DNA of 64,000 bases. Origin: Macrostomum hystrix (taxonomy: Eukaryota; Animalia; Platyhelminthes). Position numbers and translations under genes: made by a program. Positions 52,501 through 63,414 of the stretch are shown in pieces (position 1 is the stretch's first letter; every line of letters begins with the position of its first letter). The notes beneath the pieces were generated by a model. That model was given only the letters and a program-made list of their open reading frames with translations. It searched no databases and was not told where the DNA came from. The stretch covers positions 15,190,001 to 15,254,000 of the forward strand of contig CATNEN010000001.1 in the NCBI GenBank assembly GCA_950097015.1, given 5' to 3'.

Positions 52501-55500
52501 TGCTAATTACCATGTATATCTTAACGACTTCACTGGTTGGTCAAACGTTCCCAATATGACGGCAGCAAATAATAAGTTTCATTACAAATGGAAAGGTGTA
52601 GCAGCAGAAGCTGGGGTATTCCCTGTGAGCACGCAAAGTGTGGATACCTACAATTACTTTCTAGAAAATGTTTTTACTAAAAGAGGCCATTTTGAGACAC
52701 CTAATGCAAGCAAGCCAGAGACTAAACTATTCCCTGTCAAACTATCCTATGATCTCACTGTAATGAGAGTGGTCATGCAAGTTCACAAAGATGCTGAGGC
52801 TGAATTTAAAGATGACACTTGGCATAGGGAATTGGGATTCGAGAAAAAAGTTTATAAGGCGGAAGCACAGACTGCATCACCGGAGGCAGTTTCGAGGACC
52901 CTGCTAAGCGGTCTGTTCTTAGCACCCAATATCGCAGACATTGTAAAGGGTCTGAATATTCTAATCAAAAGTAATCTCAGTCTTGATTGGGCATTTAAGG
53001 GAAAGCGAACGAATATTTTGTACAACATCTCAAACTCTGTTCCTGGAGGACAGATGCTGGTAGAGAAACCAAATCCAGTGAAAAGAGTTGTGCTAAGTAA
53101 TAAGGAGATTCACGAGATTGTGCTGCAGTTTGAGACGGAAGATGGTGTTGGCGTTGATTTCAACGGTGAAGAGTTTGTATTGACGTTGATCATTGAGAGA
53201 ATGTAAGCTGCTTAATGATTTCTGCAAAGTTATAGTAGCTGTCATAGTCCTTTACGTACGTTACTTCATACTTTTGAAACCAGTGTCTTTGGAGAGCTAG
53301 ATTAATATTTGGGACGTCAACGCCGGGCCAATATTTTCTCATGTACTCGCTGCATTCTTGTTTGCATCGGTACTTACTCTTGTAATTAGGCTCATGCCTT
53401 TTGTAATAAGATCCTGGAGAGACGATTGGGAGCATTTTTAATGAGAATATAATTTTTTTGGAGGATGAGCACCCTAGGTTTGGGATCTTGAGTTTGGGGA
53501 TTGGGATTTTAGCGCTAATTTGATTGTCTTGGCACGCTTTTTGCAGGTTCACTTTTTTTCCTGATCTCTTCGGGAATATTAAGGCGGCTGTGATAATTTT
53601 TTGTCCCAGATATGCAACTCACAAACTGATATGGAAAGTAGGGAATAAGGTAACAGATTTTTTTGGCGGGGAACCTTTCTTCCTTCGGGAAGAATAAAGG
53701 TAATGGTTTATGCATTAAGGAGGCTGCGATAATTTTTGTCCTAGATATGCAACTCACAAACTAATGTGGAAAGTAGAGAATTTAGAATATAGAGAAGAAA
53801 ATTTAGAATATAGAGACGGAGTTTTTTAGAGAGAGAGGCGGGGACCCTTTTTTCCTGATCTCTTTGGGAAGAATAAAGGTAATGGTTTGTGGATAATGGG
53901 GGCTGCGACTATTTTTGTCCTAGAAGGCCCCCTTTGCCTACTACTTATGTATCAACGCTAGTTAGACAAGATTTTTGGTAAAAAGACTACTGGTATAATA
54001 CGCTCGTATAATAGTCATTTTGTTTGGATTCCAGAACAATACAAATAGGCCTATAACAGCGTTGGTGGCATATCTGTTTTAATTACTTAAAAACTTTAAA
54101 AATGACAATAACGCATGGAGACGTCCATGGTGTCAGCCGAGTTACAACGGGACTAACACCGTTGATATCAGACTTTTAAAGTCTCTATGATCCTGTGCTT
54201 TTCGAGTCCCTGTCGAAATGCAGATTCGAATTGTTTGAAATTGACTAATTTGCTAGTATTTTCACCACGTTAGAAAAATAACTGCGATTAATAAGAGAAC
54301 CTTTAAAGAGAAAATTCTAGGCATTAGCTTACCAGTACAACACCAGCGGATGAGCCATAAATAGCATACAGACAAGGAAACTTATCCCCAGAAGCTTTCT
54401 CCCTCATCATGGCCACCTGGGCATCGCGGATTCGTTGAAAGGTCTCGCCACGTTGTATGTTGTCGTAGATTGTGTCGTGAACTTCTGGCATGGGATGGCA
54501 GATGTTCTCCACGGGAAAGTGACACAATAGAAAGTAGAAACCGACAAACTGGCTGACCGCCTCGTCGATAAAAACGGTTCTGTTTGATAAGAAATTTGTT
54601 TAATTAGTCCCTAAAGAAACATTTATCTACACGCATAGTCACCAATAGTATAACACACACATTACTCACTCGACGTCCAGAATTTCTTTGATCTTATCCC
54701 CGTGCAGATTCGAACCCACGCCCGTCACGTGAATGTGCTTGGCGGAGTTGGGTTGAAATTTTCCTTTTAAATAATGGAGCGCCGATTCGAAGTGTTTGTT
54801 CCGGAACGTGGCAAAGTGAAGGTCGCACTTTCCATCGCCAGCCTCCTTGGTGTAGAAAATCTTGGTAAGGGTGCTACCTGTGCAGTTTTGTTAGGGGTTG
54901 TATCTAATAATTTTAAAAGCAGTGTTTTAAAAAACATAAGTATATTAATGTACGAGCATTTAAAAATCAGAATCAAGTACGTTTTTAAAGGATTCGATGA
55001 AGTCTTTAAAAGGCAAGGTTTTTTCACCCAGTGCTTGGTGCTTCAAAATTCAGATCGAGTTGTCGTAGCTGAAATCTTAGTAAAGGGGAAGCTATTTGTA
55101 TCTTTTAGCGAAACGTAACTCAGTGCTCCAGTCAAACCAGCTGTCAAATAACAACAGCATCAATAAATAATTGAGTGAAATGCGAGGGAAGATTCCTGGA
55201 AAATTCATAACAATAAGTTCGAGTATAACAAAGATGAATTATAGATTGCGAGAATATTGAGAATTAAGTTGATGATTACTGTTCTAAAATAGATAAATAG
55301 CAAAATAAATGTTATACTCGTATACTGGTACGAGTGAGATTTTCTTTGCGAAATGGAATTTTCTGGAAAGATGAGGAATTTGACTTTGTGAATCAATTAG
55401 CGAAATTTCTAGAATGTACATAAACGGAAGAGAATCGCGAAACGCTACAAAACGCTACAGAAGTCATTTTATTTCATATATTTAGTTGAGGTTTTTGTAG

Positions 55501-55698
55501 CTCGCATTAGACGCAAAGAGCAGCTAATGTTGAATAACAAAATTTGACAATATTTACTAGCTAGGTTAGGTTGAATTGACTTGACTTACCACCATCGATA
55601 GATATGAAAGAGGAGTCTTCCATCTGGGCGATGACAGTGGAGTCAACGCGAATGCTTTCATCTCGGATCAGATATGAATGTACCGCTGCGTCTGACAT
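37593..55698 (-). CDS. Divergent type II pantothenate kinase-like gene, 6 exons, 375 aa
   Basis: Exons 55698-55590, 54877-54670, 54579-54333, 39450-39195, 38632-38445, 37712-37593; all GT-AG, phases match, 1128 nt open. Motifs IDGGSTLTK, LHF, VTGVGS, IDE, GKSFLG, IDTQIRDI, EDIAQSL, FYGGNF, GHTAALGA. Confidence 0.88.
38018..38332 (-). mobile_element. tRNA-derived SINE with CORE-like central domain, in PanK-like intron 5
   Basis: Head ggttgtagcctagtggttagggcg...ggttcgattccc; cctttagcaagacacttaac...cacccagctgttaaatgggtacc; (ATT)n tail. Confidence 0.85.
39818..40763 (-). mobile_element. Helitron family 1, copy C (18-bp satellite only)
   Basis: Shared ends; 5' TC abuts the CTAG of copy D. Confidence 0.85.
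40764..43068 (-). mobile_element. Helitron family 1, copy D (23-bp and 18-bp satellites)
   Basis: A|TC 5' end at 43068; hairpin plus CTAG at 40764-40767. Confidence 0.88.
42711..42914 (-). mobile_element. 5'-truncated LINE 3' end inserted in Helitron D
   Basis: 10-bp TSD ccttagcaat (42701-42710, 42915-42924); (TTG)n tail; RTE-like C-terminal frame GPRRRGQ..Y..LL.D. Confidence 0.8.
43772..44262 (-). pseudogene. PLA2X (parvovirus VP1u-like phospholipase A2) protein
   Basis: IPGYKYCGP Ca-loop upstream in frame; PVNELDSVCMWHEIKY (HD>HE); KLGLG; start codon out of frame. Confidence 0.8.
44284..45288 (+). pseudogene. Retroviral-like DDE integrase, frameshifted
   Basis: HQADLL, YALTVIDIASRY, DPGKEF, VERFNLTL. 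Confidence 0.92.
45300..48597 (+). pseudogene. Protein-primed family B DNA polymerase with several stops/frameshifts
   Basis: GSGW, IVYADFEC, DSFQFL, KGVYPYE, LADVFE, YLDANNLYGWAM, KLANNSVYGK, YTDTDS. Confidence 0.95.
48707..49576. mobile_element. Probable solo LTR (870 bp) inside the Polinton
   Basis: Termini TGTGAGC...GCTCACA (perfect 7-bp inverted repeat); higher GC than flanks; truncates flanking ORFs; no TSD. Confidence 0.55.
49578..51012 (-). pseudogene. Polinton accessory/core-protein ORFs, fragmented
   Basis: GKGISDIYKRVAVFLGAAKTG..EFVNILD motif; basic ORF with KRGSGL/RSGNGL GxG sites reminiscent of protease-processed core proteins. Confidence 0.5.
51042..52340 (+). CDS. Major capsid protein (double jelly-roll, hexon-like), intact ORF
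   Basis: 432 aa; N-terminal SDDST..NL.PG..L.F pattern, VFVPLRFMSGF; position in the Polinton. Confidence 0.8.
   Translation: MNDPLTPVFYKINKPILSDDSTIKATKVRVPSQENQNETNLGPGQTLAFTYNGCSSLVSVHSLKSGFHMTFQLKTKGVDAAHANVDKHDADVALISNFWAYMFKEFSVSNGSTELERIANFGIVYDAHCLIENPDFIQLGSGAGFIADEKEGDINDSGYKKRKKRYNYALQGADDAAKNPLYRSVNVFVPLRFMSGFCNAFNRLTSNFSYTFKMTRDDRSRVLWTGADHTRMEVKLTGIELYLEVIEPKTALKADYLKAIDKDIDVAYTAYMCRDERNETRTNICIKEGSCRNPRYIIINIRNPNNIIRYMHGDVRSIQHEISDNLYPALPQNGNFKENKISKFYSELVDLAVKENNGIAITALQYGTLYPMFGADVSARQKSTENSPVNIVTLREYRNIERTAATAVDLYIIYAVERKVKLNIINNSSSKV
52361..53206 (+). CDS. Minor capsid protein (penton-like), intact ORF
   Basis: AIRLDP..YHVYL..F..WSNVPNMTAANNKF; C-terminal I.EI.L..E.G..VDFNGE..VLTL.I. 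Confidence 0.82.
   Translation: MEALAERLNKIISHSKESIPITIAGRINDSNGIFVEKLEQAIRLDPGANYHVYLNDFTGWSNVPNMTAANNKFHYKWKGVAAEAGVFPVSTQSVDTYNYFLENVFTKRGHFETPNASKPETKLFPVKLSYDLTVMRVVMQVHKDAEAEFKDDTWHRELGFEKKVYKAEAQTASPEAVSRTLLSGLFLAPNIADIVKGLNILIKSNLSLDWAFKGKRTNILYNISNSVPGGQMLVEKPNPVKRVVLSNKEIHEIVLQFETEDGVGVDFNGEEFVLTLIIERM
53190..53435 (-). CDS. Small unknown ORF next to the right TIR
   Basis: aaaaATG start like other element genes; 81 aa; no family recognised. Confidence 0.35.
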   Translation of the reverse strand: MLPIVSPGSYYKRHEPNYKSKYRCKQECSEYMRKYWPGVDVPNINLALQRHWFQKYEVTYVKDYDSYYNFAEIIKQLTFSQ

Positions 55699-56239
55699 TC
55701 CGAAGCTGTGAAAATACTTTGACAGCTGACAGCTATATGCAAATACTCTTTGTGACTTAAAATTTTCAATTTCTGAAAAAAGGCAATGCTTTCATTATAG
55801 CACTGTGGTATCTTGGCTTGTTCATACCTTTATTCAATGCATGTGCTGCATATGCGTCATTAGATAAGAGTATTTCTGCCCATACTAAAATGTTGCTTGT
55901 TACCCTACTCTCTGTTTCTAGACAGTCGCACAGTTTCTTATCTACGAAAAAATTTTCAAATCGGTGAAGCTTTTATCGACTTTCTAGCTAATTTCTCATA
56001 GGCTAAACTGTTAAGCTGTCTGGCAGAGATTTCTTGACACAAAATGCATTATCTGAATTTTCAAGAATAACAATTTCGCTTCTCGACAGCTTCATGCTCT
56101 CCGTATTAAAAGGCTCCTCCGCGCTTTATCGGTTAACCAGCATTCTTTGTCACCATTAAATAATATACCCTGATTTCTTCTTTGCTGGTGTTTTTTTCTC
56201 GTAGCTTCAATCGATATTATATTTATCTAAGGAGAGACG

Positions 56240-58250
56240 GAAAGATAAAGAAACGGAGGGAAATGGAGGGAGACAGGGGGTGGAGGGACACGGAGGTAGA
56301 CATGGGGTGGAAAGAGATGTAGGTAGACATGGGGTGAAGGGAGAGGAGGGAGATGGAGGTAGACAGGGGACGAGGAAGACAATTGGGTAGACAGGGGGAG
56401 GAGTGAGATGGAGGTAGACAGGGGGAGGAGGGAGATGGAGGTAGACAGGGGGAGGAGGGAGACGGAAGTAGACAGGGGGAGGAGGGAGACGGAAGTAGAC
56501 AGGGGGAGGAGGGAGACGGAAGTAGACTTGGGGTGGAGGGAGAGGAGGGAGATGGAAGTAAACAGGGGAAGGAGGGAGACGGAAGACCACAGCGGACGGT
56601 CAGGTCAAGTGGGGAATAACTTTTTGGAGCTGCTGAGCTGGACTCCCCAGTTTGCTGCCTGTCACCTGCTCAAGTTATTAGTCTGCGTATGATTGTTGGT
56701 GAATGTGTGATTGCATATGATTAGTGAAATCTAATAATAATAATTGCAGGAGGGCTGCGGGCAATGGTACATCATTTGGTGACACTAGACCCGCAGCCAG
56801 CGAGAAGGCATTTCTGCCAATTTCGCTGAGTACACACGCACACAGATACCGTACGCAGCCATAAGCTCACATGTGTGTACATCTGCCCTGACTTCAGGTA
56901 CACACTCACTCATCGTCAGGCAGTGTAAACTTTCACTGTGCCTTGGAGGTTGACCCTGGCACTTAAATTGCACGACAAGCCCCCAAGCCTTCTCTCCGCG
57001 TGTGCGCTCCAAATTAATGTGGCCTCGCCGCAGAATCGAGCTCAGGGACCTTGGTGCGAGAGGCAAACACATGGTAACCGCTCGGCCACTCCCCCCTCTG
57101 TCTACCTCCATCTCCCTCCTCCCCCTGTCTACCTCCATCTCAATCCTCCCCCTGTCTACTTCCGCATCCCTCCTCCCCCTATCTAACTCAATCTCCCTCC
57201 ACCCCTTGTGTACCTCCATCTCCCTCCTCCCACTGTCTACCTCCATCTCTCTCCTCCCACTGTCTACCTCCATCTCCCTCCACCCCCTGTGTACTCAATC
57301 TCCCTCAACCCGTCTACTTCCGCATCCCTCCTCCCCCTGTCTACCTCCATCTCCCTCAGCCCTCTGTCTACCTCCATCTCCCTCCTCCCACTGTCTACCT
57401 CCATCTCCCTCCTCCCACTGTCTACCTTCATCTCCCTCCACCCCCTGTTTACCTCTGAACCATTTTGGAAACAATAATTGGAAAATAAGTTTGGAAATTG
57501 CATTTTGAAGATTGGATGAACGCCCCTGAAGTCCCCTAATGGACCCGAGACCGTAACTTCAGGCCGATGTCGACCAGGCCGGGACAGGGGACAAGACTCT
57601 AAAGAGCGCTCATTGGATTGCAGGACATCCCCGAACTCCCCTACAGACCCTCACACCAAAGAACGACACGGGAACTGAACCCTCTCAAGCCGACTCACGG
57701 GACCCGAGCGAACCTGGTTAAGGGGCCCATGGGCTCGAGAGGATGCTCATGCATCTTAAAGGATATTTGAAGTTTGTTTAGAAGTGAGTGAACACCCCAG
57801 GGAGGAAAGAGATGGAGGTAGACAGAGGGAGGAGAGAGATGGAGGTAGACAGGGGGAGGAGGGATGTGGAAATAGACAGGGAGAGGAGGGAGATGGAGGT
57901 AGACAGGGGAAGGAGGGAGATGGAGGTAGACAGGGGGTGGAGGGAGATGGAGGTAGACAGGGGGAGGAGGGAGATGGAGGTAGACAGGGGAAGGAGGGAG
58001 ATGGAAGTAGACAAGGGGAGGAGGTAGATCGAGGTAGACAGGGGGAGGAGGGAGATGGAGGTAGACAGGGGAAGGAGGGAGATGGAGGTAGACAGGGGAA
58101 GGAGGGAGATGGAGGTAGACAGGGGGAGGAGGGAGATGGAGGTAGACAGGGGGAGGAGGGATGCGGAAGTAGACAGGGGGTGGAGGGAGATGGAGGTAGA
58201 CAGGGGGAGGAGGGAGATGGAGGTAGACAGGGGAAGGAGGGAGGGGAGGG
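56240..58250. repeat. 27-bp purine/pyrimidine minisatellite (gggagatggaggtagacagggggagga) in alternating orientations
   Basis: Arrays at 56240-56590 (+), 57090-57455 (-), 57800-58250 (+); also 60730-60810. Confidence 0.95.
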
Positions 58251-58497
58251 TGAGTATATGTGAAGACAATTAGAGAGAGTGGCGAGTAGGGAGAGGAGAG
58301 GTTAAGTTGATAGCAGTAAGCGGAGGTGAGAGTTAGGGGTTGAGTGCAGGGCAGAGTCAGAACGGTCGGCTGATCCGTTTTTCCGAGCGTGCGTTTGCAT
58401 GTCAGAGACGTTTGCACGCCCTTAGGATAAACAGATCATAGTTGTTAGATTAAATGATCTCGTATGTTCCAAAAATGGACACTGTGGATTGATACTT

Positions 58498-58938
58498 CCA
58501 CAGCGGACGGTCAGGTCAAGTGGGGAATAATTTTTTGGAGCTGCTGAGCTGGACTGCCCAGTTTGCTGCTAGGCCAGCAAACTATTGTCAGACTGCGTTT
58601 TGCCCATGACAGCTGGGGCTGTCACCTGCTCAAGTTATTAGTCTGCGTATGATTGTTGGTGAATGTGTGATTGCATATGATTAGTGAAATCTAATAATAA
58701 TAATTGCAGGAGGGCTGCGGGCAATGGTACATCATTTGGTGACACTAGACCCGCAGCCAGCGAGAAGGCATTTCTGCCAATTTCGCTGAGGTCTCACATT
58801 TCCTGAGTACACACGCACACAGATACTGTACGCAGCCATAAGCTCACAGGTGTGTACATCTGCCCTGACTTCAGGTACACACTCACTCATCGTCAGATGC
58901 GAGAGGCAAATACATGTTAACCGCTCGGCCACTCACCC
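58498..58938 (+). repeat. Dispersed repeat; copies at 56587-57090 and, inverted and diverged, at ~38720-39020
   Basis: Shared ccacagcggacggtcaggtcaagtgggg... and catttggtgacactagacccgcagccagcgagaaggc. Confidence 0.9.
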
Positions 58939-60115
58939 CCAAGGTGTACAGGTATGTTTGAGATTATGAGGCGTGTGTGAGCCTTGCACGATTGTGCTGT
59001 AAGCTGCACCTTCGCTAAGATCACTGATTGTGCCACTATGCACTTTTCAGCGGTCAGGTTTGCCAGCAACCCATTTTGTGTTGTCTGGCTCTCGGCTTAG
59101 TCCTGGAGACCGCTGATTGGCTGGCTGCCAGCTCTATGTCAGCTCTGCGAGCCATGCCCGGCCCTGCCCCCACACCTTCTAACCCCGCTCTGATTAGCTG
59201 GAGGAGCCATCGCTTTTTCAGCTTCACCGCATTTTTCAGGTAAACAAGCATAATATTCAAGCGCTCATCTCTACTGATAGTACATACTGAGAGACATTTA
59301 TGATTCTCTTCGAAATTGCTGACTTTAAAAGCTGTCTTTTCCCGATTTGATGAGAGCTGAGAGCAAGCTCCACCTGTTGTCCCCACGGTCAAGCCATCTG
59401 TAGCTGTTGTAGATTGTTATTAAAAAAATATTTTTTTAACTGCAAGCAACGCATTTTCTTGCGGTGGTTGCTGTCAATCTGACCTGTGCCTCAGGTAGAG
59501 AAAAGACATCTGTAAGAATTAGCTATAAAACAAATTCTACTCTCGCATATCCCGTTGGAAAAGTTATGCACCTGCGTAGGCATAAAAGGTAAACGAGGTG
59601 AACAAAAGAGGCACTTAAGCGGTCTCGTATTTCTTGCGTGTTTTGAAACTGCATATTAGTGAGTGCACCTTTTGTGCCGAAATTTCACCAATATTCTTAA
59701 AAGGAGGCATGAAAGGTGCACAATCGGTGAAGCGGTCAATTTAGGGGGCTTACAATTTAGGCACGGCAGTTGCACAGGAGTGCCCACTGAAGGGGCACTG
59801 AAAGCGCATGAAATTGTGCGTAAGGTGCGTAAGGTGTACATGTACGGCGTAAATAGTTGCACTGGAGGTGCATTGCAGTGGCACGAAAGGTGCGTTTAAT
59901 GCGAGTTAGAGGCACGAAAGAGGCCACTTGTAGGTTCATCGCAATGCTGCTTCGAGCTGTTCGGCTCGGCCTCGGGAACTTAGACAGTCGGAAAGTTAAA
60001 AGTCAGAACGATTTGATTTTGTTAATGAAACTAATGTACGAGTACGAGTACAAGTACTATAATATGCGCACTGCGCAGAGTTCTGTGGGTGACATTGAAC
60101 TTCACTTTCATTTAT

Positions 60116-60502
60116 TCAGCAGATAAACTCAGAAGATTCTTCAGCAACTTCATCGTCGGCTGTTGCGGCTTCCGCGGTTTGATGATCGGCGGCTTCTGCA
60201 TCATCGGCCGATGACTGGCCGGCTGGCTGTCTTTTGGGCTGCTTCTCGGCGGAGGGTGGCGGTTGAGTTTTCCGCATGCGCAGCTCTCGAAGCCGCCGGA
60301 AAGCCGTTGTCACCAGCGGCTCGCTATTCGGTAACTTTGCCTCCGTGCGCAAGTAACTTGCCGCAGCCGAGCATTTGGTGGCAGGCACTCGTGGGGCGTT
60401 GCTGCGGCCACTGGAAGTGCAGCTGCGTAGCTCGTCCTCCGTAAAGACGGTCTCTTGGCCCTCTCTGTCCCTCCGGGCCCAGAGATCATTTATAAACAGG
60501 TT
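60116..60502 (-). pseudogene. BEN-domain-like exon
   Basis: NLFINDLW..VFTEDELRSCTSSG....VPATKCSAAASYL..AFRRLRELR resembles the BEN pattern. Confidence 0.4.
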
Positions 60503-63414
60503 TTTTTAAATACTAGTTAACTCAGCTGCCAGCAATTAAGGAGGCGGTCTGAGTAACTAAGATAAAAATCCAAACTTTTTACAACTCTTTTTGATGCATG
60601 AGCATCTTTTCGAGCCCTTTCTGGTCCTCTCTCCAGGACCGAGCATGTCCCGTGAGTTGTTTGAGCAAGGCAGCTAGCTCATGGGGGTCAGTTCCCGTCT
60701 CGTGCTTGCAGCTGGGCCTCTGGGGGCGCCCTCTGTCTACCTAAATCTCCCTCCACCCCCTGTCTACTTCCGCATCCCTTCCCCTGTCTACCTTCATCTT
60801 CCTCCTCCCCATGGTGTACAGGTATGTTTGAGATTATGAGGCGTGTGTGAGCCTTGCATGTTTGTGCTGTAAACTGCGCCTTCGCTACGTCAGCTGCACA
60901 TCTGGCCGATTCGAGGCTTAGTTTCTACAAGCTAGTCTTTGCTCTACAAGTTAATCAAGTTGCGGTAGTATCAACGGTGACGCTTCCTAAACTAATTGCT
61001 TAAACTGAAATGAAATCTACTGAAATGAAATGAAACAATCTATCAGTTTCAGTTTCAAATACTGGATTTATTGTACAACCTGCATTTTCCCGCTATTATC
61101 AGTATATCTCGTTGCTTTTCGATGTTGTTATAATTTCCTTTAAAATAAATAAATATTCTTTTATTTGTGGTCTCGTTCACTATAGATGAAAGATGGTCTT
61201 CTTCTTGCGTTTGCTTACTTGCTTTTTTCTTGTTTCGCAGTCGTAACATTTTTCGGTAAATACTATCGGAGCGACTAATGAAATATAAATCGTTAGCGAA
61301 GCGGATTTCCAACCCAGTATCAGTAGCGCAACATTTAAAGTCCCTTACAAGTTAGTCCTTACAAGATAGCGCGCGTTCCTAATTTCATATAAAAAAGTAA
61401 CTCATTTCTAATAACTCTACTTACAGATACTAATCTATGAGTATATGTAATAAACAAAAGTAAAGTTGGAGATTATAAATATAGAAAACTTAATTATTAG
61501 AACGAACGTGACTATGTACAAAAAGTAACTGTTTTGTTTAAATATTTGATCTAAATAATGACGGAAGAGCAAAGTGTTTCGAGGAAAGTTAAGCAATTAA
61601 TGCTTAATAAGCAATAAATAGCTTAAAAACTAGCTTTGAAGCAACCACTAATTGCTCAAAAATAATTTTTAATTCAACATTGTTATAATATAAGTATTTA
61701 TATATTTATATACATATAAATACTTCTTATCATCTATATATATATGCTTAATTAACCTATGTCAATAAATGTAAATGCATCTTGAGCAAAAATGAACAAT
61801 GTAATGAATAATGATTTGTAATTCTGTTAAAACCAGAGTGATTTCGTATTTTTAATCAATGATGAGCATGTAACACTTAGAATTAATGCCATCCTTCAAA
61901 ACACTACAGCATTATTCTGCACTTTTTAACAGAAGTTTATAACAATGTTCTGTTATTTGTAATATTCATCACAACACAATACTGATTTAAGTAGAAGTAA
62001 CGTTTTTCTTTGTGGACTTGTTAGAATAAGAGCCCAAAAACTATAATTTTCTAGAGCCTTGCATTTTACAGTATTTGTAGTAAAGCACTATGACATGAGT
62101 ACGAATGTAGGCCCATTCAAGACAGGTACAACTGCAAATATTGATTATTAAATGTCCACCAGCAATGAAATAAAATGCTTCATTTCTAACTTTATTCTTA
62201 AAATCCCTAGGCCTATATCCTATTTTAAGCCCTATATGCCCTGTATTTATATGTTTTTTAGGGTAATCTATTATCAACCAAACAAGAATGTGTAATGTTT
62301 TTAACTTCAAACCTAAGCTACATATTTTCTGTTTAAGATATGATGATAAATCAACAGCCAAGTTATCTTTCTAAGAAGTATCTGCTTTTGCTATTTTGTC
62401 AAGTAGAAAAAAAATTATTCCTGCTTTTCATCTAAAACCGAACAATGATTTTCATGTATCTTCAAACCAAACAGAGAATTTGAGGTGCAGTTTTACAATT
62501 GGAGTGAGTGGTTTAATCTTATTTTAAGGAGTGAACTGTCATGAATTATGTCATTTGAAAGCATTTTTCATGCTCTAAAAATAACTACATGGTCATTTAA
62601 TTGGCAAGCAACCACATACAATCTTCATCTAAAGTACATACTGAAAAAATGTTGTTAAAAAGTATGCTTTTGCAATAAAAATTTCTACTGAAACGTCAAT
62701 ATCTTTCTTTCCTCTTAATGCTTCATTGCATGTCATGCCTAGCTTGTAGATAATTTCTTTGACCTATCAAATTAGTTGTCTGTGAAACACAATAGCTTGT
62801 TTCTGTCTTGTATAAGACCAAAGAAGGAGTCAAAATTCTTGTTTGGTTTTGAAGATAACATTGTTCAGTTGATGATACTTTACCCTAAGTCTAAACTGGC
62901 AAAACAAGCCAAAAATAAAAAACTAGAGTAAGTCAAAACAATAAGTTATGTTGTATTTTTTATTATGTAAATAATATTTTATAGTACAATTGTAGAACTG
63001 GAAAAATAGTTAACCTACTAATTAGGGTTAGAAATAAACTGAAAATGACTAATTCTATGTAATCTAGATGTTATATTACATCTTGACTTATTTACTTTTG
63101 GATACTTAGGTCTAAACTCTGAAATCAACTTGACACCTAGCAGAATATCTACATGTTATTGAGGCTGCCAAGTATTTCTCTGCCTATGCTTTTCAGTGCT
63201 ACCATTTCTGTGCCCACTCTGGCTTTCTGGAATCTTTTAGGATTTTTGTGTATTTTTACTTACCTAAACATTAATATTCATTGACTGATGCCTTTTTATT
63301 TATTGCTGTAGTGTTATTTTGTTTTTCAACATTCTTAGTGTCATTTTTTATCTGCTGGCTGGCCACATAGGCATTATACAAAACCATACATGCGCAACCT
63401 CCCAAATCTTAGCT

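Larger units (their letters stand above)
43093..53956. mobile_element. Polinton/Maverick (adintovirus-type) endogenous element
   Basis: ~400-bp TIRs with internal repeats (43093-~43495, ~53552-53956; gttgatacat/atgtatcaac, agtag/ctact); integrase, pPolB, PLA2X, MCP and penton genes. Confidence 0.93.

Noticed and set aside
56207-58417. Extensin-like or collagen-like ORFs
   Set aside because: 27-bp minisatellite open in many frames
61055-63400. Short ORFs in the AT-rich tail
   Set aside because: No motifs or convincing exon structure
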